Assembly: GCA_964490835.1 (NCBI GenBank)
Contig: CAZBEA010000003.1
Coordinates: 1 to 43,468, forward strand
DNA: 43,468 nt
Direction of reading: 5' to 3'
Origin: an uncultured Gammaproteobacteria bacterium
GTDB lineage: Bacteria > Patescibacteriota > Microgenomatia > Levybacterales > GWA1-39-11
Shown here: piece by piece, positions 8,662 to 15,448 of the stretch
Numbering within the stretch: the first letter of the stretch is position 1
How the letters are laid out: each line of letters begins with the position of its first letter
Translations under genes and position numbers: made by a program
The notes under the pieces: generated by a model
What the model saw: only the letters and a program-made list of their open reading frames with translations
Told to the model about the DNA's origin: nothing
The model's database searches: none

Positions 8662-10111
8662 CCCTGTGAAAGCAAGGGTTTTATATGATTTGTTTGTAGT
8701 AGCATTCTGTTTTGCACTTATTTACGGGCTTCTCTCTCTTTTTGTCCCGCAGGTCCCACATCCGGCTGAATTTGCTTATCCGATTTTTGCAATACTGCTT
8801 TCATTCATCCTTGGGATTTATACCAGGTATAGAATTTCAAATCTGTTTCTAAAATTTGAAATCCTCTCAATCTCCACCTTTGGTTCATTTTTATTAATTA
8901 GTTTCATCGCGGATATGTTTTCCGCACCATTGCTATTAAGCAGTGTTTTCTCGTTAATACTCCTTTTCCTCCCTCGACTTTTTCTTAATTTCCACATTCT
9001 CGCATCGGGTAATATACCGCTCAATACCGTTGTGCAATCCCACTCCCCTATTCTTGTAGTTGGTGGCGGTGGATATATTGGAAGCTATGTTGTAGAGAAT
9101 TTATTATCGAAGGGATATGCTGTGAAGGTTTTTGATAAATTTCTATACGGGAGAAATGTGTTAAAAGATCTTGAGAAAAATCCGAAGCTTGAAATTATTG
9201 AAGGAGATATCTCAAATATTTTCCAACTTACTCTCGCGCTCCAAAATACTCAGGCTGTTGTTCACTTAGCTGGGATCGTTGGAGATCCGGCATCAGCACT
9301 CGATCCAACAGTCACAAGACATATGAATATCACTTCAACACGAATTCTAAAAGACACTGCCAAGGCGTTTGGAATTCCAAGATTTATCTTCGCATCAAGT
9401 TGTTCTGTATATGGAGCAAATGATGAGGTAGTTAATGAGAGTTCTGTAACAAACCCGCTTTCACTCTATGCTCAATCAAAAATTGATTCGGAAAATGAAA
9501 TTCTTCGTGAAACAGCTGACTTTTTCCATCCCACGGTTTTACGGTTTGCGACAGTCTTTGGTCATTCAAGACGTCCCCGATTTGATCTTGTTGCCAATCT
9601 CTTTGCCGCAAAAGCATTCGCCAAAGAAGACATCACTGTTTTTAATGGGGAGCAATGGAGGCCACTTATTCATGTCAAAGACGTAGCCGAAGCAATTGTG
9701 TTGTGCCTTCAGGCACCTCTTGAAAAAGTTAGCCGTGAAATTTTCAATGTCGGTGATGATCAAATGAACTACACCATTCTTAATATTGCCCAAACCGCCC
9801 AGGATATCTCAGGCAAAAACCGAATCAGAATTATCGAAGAAAACGCAGTACAGGATAAAAGAAATTACAGGGTTTCTTTTGAAAAAATAAATAAAATTCT
9901 CGGTTTCGAAGCAAAAATTACGCTATTTGAAGGCATGCGCGAAATGTATGAAAATTTTCTGAACAAGACATACATAAAAGATTATAAAAATCCGCTGTAT
10001 TCGAACTTAGAGATGACAAAAAGCATAAAGATGGAATTCTATTCGGAAGACTATAAAAAGAGCCATATTACTGATTTTGAAGTCATTAATCCGAAATATT
10101 CTGTTTCATAA
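8630..10111 (+). CDS. Membrane-anchored extended-SDR NAD-dependent sugar epimerase/dehydratase (about 4 N-terminal TM helices + GalE-like domain)
   Basis: The N-terminal ~130 aa are hydrophobic. They are followed by VVGGGGYIGSYVVENLL (GxxGxxG), ASSCSVYG and YAQSKIDSE (YxxxK). The ATG at 8630 overlaps the upstream gene by 32 nt; an in-frame GTG at 8666 is an alternative start. Confidence 0.7.
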   Translation: MVQKIKRIIFDPVKARVLYDLFVVAFCFALIYGLLSLFVPQVPHPAEFAYPIFAILLSFILGIYTRYRISNLFLKFEILSISTFGSFLLISFIADMFSAPLLLSSVFSLILLFLPRLFLNFHILASGNIPLNTVVQSHSPILVVGGGGYIGSYVVENLLSKGYAVKVFDKFLYGRNVLKDLEKNPKLEIIEGDISNIFQLTLALQNTQAVVHLAGIVGDPASALDPTVTRHMNITSTRILKDTAKAFGIPRFIFASSCSVYGANDEVVNESSVTNPLSLYAQSKIDSENEILRETADFFHPTVLRFATVFGHSRRPRFDLVANLFAAKAFAKEDITVFNGEQWRPLIHVKDVAEAIVLCLQAPLEKVSREIFNVGDDQMNYTILNIAQTAQDISGKNRIRIIEENAVQDKRNYRVSFEKINKILGFEAKITLFEGMREMYENFLNKTYIKDYKNPLYSNLEMTKSIKMEFYSEDYKKSHITDFEVINPKYSVS

Positions 10112-10115
10112 CTCC

Positions 10116-11048
10116 CTACTTTCGATTTACAAACCCAACGATCATGCCACTCAATACTGCAATATCTGAGGCGACTTGCAACAGAGGGAGATAGAAATAC
10201 TTTAAATTAGACTTAATATATTTGTTATTTTTTGCTATCGCCCACATCAGATACCCAATAAACGCAACAATTAAAAATATAAAAAGCCAAAAACTCTTAT
10301 AATATAATGCCATACCTAACAACAACAATCCAATTATATATCTCCCATACAATAAAGGAGTCTGCTGCCGAATATATAAGGCCTGACCATCACCTCTGGC
10401 GTAATTATAGAACTGAACAAATGCAGAAATAATATTTTTTTGCTGGGGCCATATTACAAACGCTTTTTTCTCAAACACAAAACGAAAACCCTTTTTTCTG
10501 AGTTCTCTGGCAAACACTAAATCTTCACAGGTATCTAAATGTTCCGGATAGCCATTCACTTTTTCCCATGCTTCTTTTTTGAATGCAATAGATCTTGATG
10601 AGGGAAGATAATTTTTTACATCGATCCTGTCCTCCATAACACATGTATATGTAGATAGGGATTTTGTGAAAGGAGTCTTGGCTCCGGAGTAGTAAAATCC
10701 TGAAACGACATCGACATTTTTTCTAAAACAGTTACTCAAATACTTTGACCAGTTTTTATCTGGAATACACCCAGCGTCCGTTACGAGGATTGTTTTACTC
10801 TTTGCCATCTTAATTCCATAATTACGACCCTTGGATCTATTTCCTTTTTTTCTGTATAAAAAAATATTTTTTTTCTTTCTTTCCTCTATAAAATTTTTTA
10901 CATATTTATAGGTAGCGTCCTTTGAAAATGCATCAACAATTATTATCTCATCGATTCTTTTGATCTGACCAACCAACGCCTCAAGAAGTGGAACAATAGT
11001 ATCTTCTTCATTATAAACCGTGACAACACAAGCAATCATTTTTTCCAT
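10116..11048 (-). CDS. GT2 glycosyltransferase with C-terminal transmembrane helices
   Basis: Motifs ACVVTVYNEEDTI, IIIVDAFSKDAT, VTDAGCIPD and CEDLVFA. The C-terminal ~90 aa contain 2-3 hydrophobic helices. Confidence 0.75.
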   Translation of the reverse strand: MEKMIACVVTVYNEEDTIVPLLEALVGQIKRIDEIIIVDAFSKDATYKYVKNFIEERKKKNIFLYRKKGNRSKGRNYGIKMAKSKTILVTDAGCIPDKNWSKYLSNCFRKNVDVVSGFYYSGAKTPFTKSLSTYTCVMEDRIDVKNYLPSSRSIAFKKEAWEKVNGYPEHLDTCEDLVFARELRKKGFRFVFEKKAFVIWPQQKNIISAFVQFYNYARGDGQALYIRQQTPLLYGRYIIGLLLLGMALYYKSFWLFIFLIVAFIGYLMWAIAKNNKYIKSNLKYFYLPLLQVASDIAVLSGMIVGFVNRK

Positions 11049-12136
11049 ACCTCCTCATATAAATCGGCCACTTTTTGCCATGATTGAGTTTGAGCCCACT
11101 CGTATCCCCGTTCGATCATATTTTTATATTGCTTTTTGTGTCTCAGATATTTTTGAATTTCCAACGCAAGAGATGAACCGTCATTTCCAATAAGAACATA
11201 CCTACTTACAGGCCTCAAGTAATCCTTTTTTAACGCATTCTCATACACGGCAACTACTAATTTCTTCCTTATCAGACCCTCAAGTATTGACAGGTACGAT
11301 GATGCAAAAATGATATCGCTCTGATCGGCCAAATATGATATATCCTGTACGAAACCTTTTACCGTGGCATATTTTTCAATAGATGATCTCATTTGTCCAT
11401 CACCCAAAACCGTACAAGTGTATTTTATACCCAATTCATCAAGATGGTTCAGTACTTTCATATACGTCTGCACACCGATGTCTCTGTCTAGTCTTCCGAT
11501 TATTAAAATACGCAGTTCTTTTTTTACATGTCTATATTTAAATATCTTCTTTCTCTCAACTCCACCGTATGTAATGTACGGTGACGATGTTCCGTACCAC
11601 CTTTTAATAAAACTCCCAACAAGTATAGATTGCCTTGCTAGCTCATAACTAATTTTTCGAATGAGTACTGCATTTTTTTGAGGAGGAACAACTCCCTCAT
11701 ACCCATGAAATGTTACATAGCTTTTTTTCCAAAAATATATGAATCTCATTGGAAAATACCAAATATATACATCATGACAATGAACCACATCAGAGCTTGT
11801 GATCAATTTTCGCATTTTCCATAGCTCATACCATATTTTGAATTTCTTAATGTATCTTTTTTTTCCAAAATCAACTACATATACACTGCATCTACCATTC
11901 CAGAGATTATAAGAATAGATTGATTTATCAAGACGTTTTGAAATCAGGACCTGCTTAACACTCGATCCACTTGACTGATAAAATAGTTTTTTGCTATGCT
12001 TAATTTTTGGGGGTAATTCTGAAATAATCGTAATCGTATGTCCTCGCTTTACCAATTCCTCTGATATTTTTAATACATGAGTTTGGACACCTCCCACAGA
12101 AGGAAATACAAACGGTACTAGAAAAAGGACTTTCAT
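11036..12136 (-). CDS. GT4 (GT-B fold) glycosyltransferase
   Basis: MKVLFLVPF...GGVQTHV is the glycosyltransferase_4 N-terminus, and the C-terminal half has the GT1-type fold pattern. The ORF-track N-terminal extension to 12217 reads through a tRNA gene, so the start is set at the ATG at 12136. Confidence 0.75.
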   Translation of the reverse strand: MKVLFLVPFVFPSVGGVQTHVLKISEELVKRGHTITIISELPPKIKHSKKLFYQSSGSSVKQVLISKRLDKSIYSYNLWNGRCSVYVVDFGKKRYIKKFKIWYELWKMRKLITSSDVVHCHDVYIWYFPMRFIYFWKKSYVTFHGYEGVVPPQKNAVLIRKISYELARQSILVGSFIKRWYGTSSPYITYGGVERKKIFKYRHVKKELRILIIGRLDRDIGVQTYMKVLNHLDELGIKYTCTVLGDGQMRSSIEKYATVKGFVQDISYLADQSDIIFASSYLSILEGLIRKKLVVAVYENALKKDYLRPVSRYVLIGNDGSSLALEIQKYLRHKKQYKNMIERGYEWAQTQSWQKVADLYEEVWKK

Positions 12137-12159
12137 AGATTTGAGGCAGGAGTACTCTG

Positions 12160-12231
12160 TGGACTCGGAAGGATTTGAACCTTCGACCTTTCGCATGTGA
12201 AGCGAACGCTCTACCACTGAGCCACGAATCC
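12160..12231 (-). tRNA. tRNA-Val (anticodon CAC), 72 nt, 3' CCA not encoded
   Basis: Hand-folded cloverleaf of GGATTCGTGGCTCAGTGGTAGAGCGTTCGCTTCACATGCGAAAGGTCGAAGGTTCAAATCCTTCCGAGTCCA. It has a 7-bp acceptor stem (one G-U), a GCTC/GAGC D-stem, a TTCGC/GCGAA anticodon stem with loop TT-CAC-AT, and a GAAGG/CCTTC T-stem with TTCAAAT loop. The discriminator is A and is followed by CAG. Confidence 0.9.
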
Positions 12232-12248
12232 GAATTTGAGTAAAACCT

Positions 12249-12276
12249 ATTGTAACAAATAATTTGGTTTTTCCAA
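12249..12276 (-). promoter_or_regulatory. Candidate promoter for tRNA-Val (extended -10)
   Basis: On the minus strand: TTGGAA, 16 nt spacer, TGT-TACAAT. The -10 ends 17 nt upstream of the mature tRNA 5' end. Pattern match only. Confidence 0.3.
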
Positions 12277-12278
12277 AG

Positions 12279-12307
12279 TTGACATCCGAAGCTAAAACAG
12301 GCAGAAT
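12279..12307 (+). promoter_or_regulatory. Candidate lepB promoter placed for a leaderless or near-leaderless transcript
   Basis: TTGACA (12279-12284), 17 nt spacer, CAGAAT (12302-12307). Only 8 nt separate the -10 from the lepB ATG at 12316, and there is no convincing SD. Confidence 0.3.
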
Positions 12308-12315
12308 AGAAGTCT

Positions 12316-12879
12316 ATGATAATTTTAAAAAAGATATACGAGTTTTTCGTTGATTTCGTTGAAACGATAGCTATAGCAGGCGCAATCTTTGTAGTTGTCT
12401 ATGCATTTTTATTCCGGCCATTTCAAGTCAGCGGAGAGTCTATGTTCCCTAATTACCACAACGGGGAGTATATCCTAACCAATCTTATAACTCTCCGTCT
12501 TTCAGAGATAAAGCGAGGAGATGTAGTGGTGTTTAATGCACCCATAGATCAAGATAAAGATTTTATTAAGCGTGTAATTGGCATTCCCGGGGATAAAATA
12601 GCTGTTGAGAATGGAAAAATTGTACTAAATGGTAAGGTTCTTGATGAAAGCGAATACCTTGCCCCAACTGTATATACCGAAGCCGGTCCTTACACAGCAA
12701 ATCAAACAATTACGGTTGAACCGGAAACTTATTTTGTAGTGGGGGACAATAGACCCAACAGCTCTGATTCAAGAGCTTGGGGGCTCGTACCGCGTGACAA
12801 ATTAATAGGAAAATCAATGTTTGTGTATTGGCCGTTGAATAGAATAAGACTGGTCAAACACGTCTCGATAGGTGAATAA
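12316..12879 (+). CDS. lepB: Signal peptidase I
   Basis: N-terminal TM helix, then SGESMFPN (catalytic Ser box), KRVIGIPGDKI (Lys box) and VVGDNRPNSSDSR (box E). Confidence 0.9.
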   Translation: MIILKKIYEFFVDFVETIAIAGAIFVVVYAFLFRPFQVSGESMFPNYHNGEYILTNLITLRLSEIKRGDVVVFNAPIDQDKDFIKRVIGIPGDKIAVENGKIVLNGKVLDESEYLAPTVYTEAGPYTANQTITVEPETYFVVGDNRPNSSDSRAWGLVPRDKLIGKSMFVYWPLNRIRLVKHVSIGE

Positions 12880-12909
12880 AATCAGCTTTTAAAGAAAAAT
12901 AAATTCGTT

Positions 12910-13722
12910 CTAGCTAATAAGTTTGTCGTAGATTTCTTTTAGCCTTGGCCCCGTTTCGTCTTCGCTACCCTTTATAACAATTGTAATTCGACCAAGAGCC
13001 CTGGATTGGAAAAAATCAACTTTATGGAAATTTTGTTTTTCACGGAGCGTTTTCGCCATTTCCTCCTGTTCCGGAATGTAAATTTTGTCCTTTTTCTTAT
13101 GCGGCTCTTTTTCTTGGATTTCTGATTTTACTTGACGCGCAACTTCTTCTGCTCCTCTAACAGATATTCCTTCAACTAAAATTCTTTTAAAAGCTGCGAG
13201 CATTAACTTGTGATCTCCTATCGAAATCAGCGGTCTAACGTGTCCTTCGGTGATGACTCCCGCTGAAAGTGCATCTTTAATAGCATCTGGAAGAGTAAGG
13301 AGTCTAAGCGAATTGGAAATATACGGCAGCGATTTACCGACTCTTTTGGCTACCTCTGTTACAGAGAGACCAAATTCCTCGATGAGCCTTTTATAGGCTA
13401 GCGCCCGCTCTATTGGATTGAGATCTTCACGTTGAATATTTTCAACGATTGACATCTCAAGCATCCCCAAAGGCGTTGTTTCTTTTACGATAACCGGAAC
13501 TTTTTCAAGTCCCAAAATTTTTGATGCTCTCCATCGTCGCTCTCCAGCAATAATTTGAAATCCGGCCGGAGTCTTTGCAACAACAATAGGCTCAAGGATT
13601 CCTTGCTCGCGAATTGAATTTACAAGGTCGGTTAGAGATTCAGGAGAAATGAGTCCTCGAGGTTGCAGAGGATTGGGTTGAAGTAACGTTAATTCGAGTT
13701 CAACTATCCTATCGTTATCCAT
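12910..13722 (-). CDS. parB: ParB/Spo0J-family chromosome partitioning protein (no adjacent parA)
   Basis: LQPNPLQPR, the GERRWRA arginine patch, a helix-turn-helix (EVAKRVGKSLPYISNSLRLL) and a C-terminal dimerisation-sized tail. The start ATG overlaps the rpmA stop (TAATG). Confidence 0.85.
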   Translation of the reverse strand: MDNDRIVELELTLLQPNPLQPRGLISPESLTDLVNSIREQGILEPIVVAKTPAGFQIIAGERRWRASKILGLEKVPVIVKETTPLGMLEMSIVENIQREDLNPIERALAYKRLIEEFGLSVTEVAKRVGKSLPYISNSLRLLTLPDAIKDALSAGVITEGHVRPLISIGDHKLMLAAFKRILVEGISVRGAEEVARQVKSEIQEKEPHKKKDKIYIPEQEEMAKTLREKQNFHKVDFFQSRALGRITIVIKGSEDETGPRLKEIYDKLIS

Positions 13723-13967
13723 TAGATTACTTCCACGTACTGTTTGCCGCGGAGTGTTTTGAAATTAACTTTTCCCGGTTTTACTGCAAAAATAGTATAA
13801 TCACGACCCATATCGGTTCCTTCTCCAGGGTAGAATTTTGTACCCTTTTGTCTCACAATTATAGATCCGGACTGAGTTGTTTGCCCTTCATACAATTTAA
13901 TCCCAAGCCTTTTAGCAATGGAATCGCGATTACCTTTAACTGCTCCTTGTGATTTTGTGTGTGCCAT
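13722..13967 (-). CDS. rpmA: 50S ribosomal protein L27
   Basis: MAHTKSQGAVKGNRDSIAKRLGIK...GSIIVRQKGTKFYPG is the canonical L27 sequence. Confidence 0.95.
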   Translation of the reverse strand: MAHTKSQGAVKGNRDSIAKRLGIKLYEGQTTQSGSIIVRQKGTKFYPGEGTDMGRDYTIFAVKPGKVNFKTLRGKQYVEVI

Positions 13968-14006
13968 GTTTTATTATTTTACAGTACTCCGTGAAAAATG
14001 CAAGCT

Positions 14007-14348
14007 TTATTTTGTGGCTGATTTGGTACTTTTCACGCCGTTTTGAATTTTTTCAATTAGAACACGCGTGAGGGCAGATCGGTGTCCATATACTTGTCGA
14101 TATCGAGATTTTGCTTTGTATCTTGCGACTCTCACTTTTTCTCCTTTATAGTGCTCAACAATTTTGCCGGTCACCGAAATACCACTTACGTGAGGTGTAC
14201 CGATTTTTACATCTTCATCATTCACGTGCAACAGGACTTCGCCGAATTCAATTACACCGTCTTTTTGGTCTATTCTATCAACTTCAATAATTGTTCCTGG
14301 GGAAACTCTGTATTGTTTGCCACCAGATGTAATCACTGCGTATTGCAT
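14007..14348 (-). CDS. rplU: 50S ribosomal protein L21
   Basis: MQYAVITSGGKQYRV...KVRVARYKAKSRYRQVYGHR is canonical L21. The ORF-track start at 14366 is TTG; the ATG at 14348 gives the conserved N-terminus. Confidence 0.95.
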   Translation of the reverse strand: MQYAVITSGGKQYRVSPGTIIEVDRIDQKDGVIEFGEVLLHVNDEDVKIGTPHVSGISVTGKIVEHYKGEKVRVARYKAKSRYRQVYGHRSALTRVLIEKIQNGVKSTKSATK

Positions 14349-14371
14349 ATCCAAGTATTCTAACAAAAAAG

Positions 14372-15448
14372 TTACGCAATTTCCAGTAGTTTAGTTTTTT
14401 TTCGCTTCGATATATTAGAAATAATCCCTAAAATCATAAAATTAGTAAGAAGCGAGCTTCCCCCATACGAAACAAGTGGTAATGTAACCCCCACGATAGG
14501 TAAAATTCCAATATTCATTCCCATATTAAAGAAGAGGTGGGTAAGTAATAGAAAAAACGATCCCATCAGAACCATTCTTGAAAAATCATTATCCGTATCG
14601 GATGAAATTTTATAGATCCTCAAAAACATAAAACTGTACAACACAAGAAGAATTATGCCGCCCACCAAGCCAAGACTTTCCAGGATCGTTGCAAATATAA
14701 AATCTGTATGCTGCTCCGGAAGAAAATGAAGAACCGATTGTGTTGACTGGCCAAACCCCTTGCCCATAAAGCCTCCACTACCAATCGCAATAAGAGCCTG
14801 AATTGCGTTATACGATGAGCCAAAAGGGTCTTGAGACATATTTAAAAAACTCGTAATTCTGAGTCGCTGATAGTCGTGTAAAAAATGGTACGCGATGGGA
14901 GCGACAATAATTGCGGGAGCCAGCAACCCTGCGAAAAACCTTGTTGGAAATCCATATGCAAAAAGCATAAACAAAGTCAGAAGGCCAACAATTAAAGCAT
15001 TCCCCAAGTCCGGACCTCTTAATACAAGAAATCCAACAGGAGCAGATAAAAGTAGAACGCTGATAAATTTTTCAAGAGTATGTCTGTCGTTGCGAGTTAG
15101 AAAATATGACAAAAAAAGAATATAGAATATCTTAATAAATTCAGAAGTCTGAACACGTATATTAAAGATTTCTATCCACCGCACAGCACCTTTTACCTCT
15201 ACACCAAAAATGAGCGTTAAAAACAAAACAAGATTGAGTGCAATATAAACTCCAGCCCAAATTCCACTGATTTTCGGAATGTAAAGCTTTGAGATGAGGA
15301 TAAATATGCCGATTCCCGCGAGTAAGAAAAAAAATTGTTGTCTGAAGAAGACCGGTTCAAGTGAATAAATCGCCGCAAGTCCAAAAAATACTATAAGAAC
15401 GGCTGAAAGAAGTAGTATCCAATCAACACCACTGAAAAATTTATTCAT
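14372..15448 (-). CDS. rodA: SEDS-family peptidoglycan glycosyltransferase, RodA-like (outside the dcw cluster)
   Basis: About 10 TM helices, with QPSEF-like ...VQTSEFIKI..., PEQHTDFIFA and LPLVSYGGSS motifs of FtsW/RodA/SpoVE. The RodA assignment rests on context only; a second SEDS gene sits in the dcw cluster. Confidence 0.75.
   Translation of the reverse strand: MNKFFSGVDWILLLSAVLIVFFGLAAIYSLEPVFFRQQFFFLLAGIGIFILISKLYIPKISGIWAGVYIALNLVLFLTLIFGVEVKGAVRWIEIFNIRVQTSEFIKIFYILFLSYFLTRNDRHTLEKFISVLLLSAPVGFLVLRGPDLGNALIVGLLTLFMLFAYGFPTRFFAGLLAPAIIVAPIAYHFLHDYQRLRITSFLNMSQDPFGSSYNAIQALIAIGSGGFMGKGFGQSTQSVLHFLPEQHTDFIFATILESLGLVGGIILLVLYSFMFLRIYKISSDTDNDFSRMVLMGSFFLLLTHLFFNMGMNIGILPIVGVTLPLVSYGGSSLLTNFMILGIISNISKRKKTKLLEIA

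Noticed and set aside
9499-9514. A perfect GTGAAACA parS half-site inside the SDR gene.
   Set aside because: The left half has 4 mismatches, so it is not a palindrome. It is most likely chance.
12137-12217. An N-terminal extension of the GT4 ORF (MVERSLHMRKVEGSNPSES...).
   Set aside because: This stretch is the reverse-strand reading of tRNA-Val. The real GT4 N-terminus, MKVLFLVPF, begins at the ATG at 12136.
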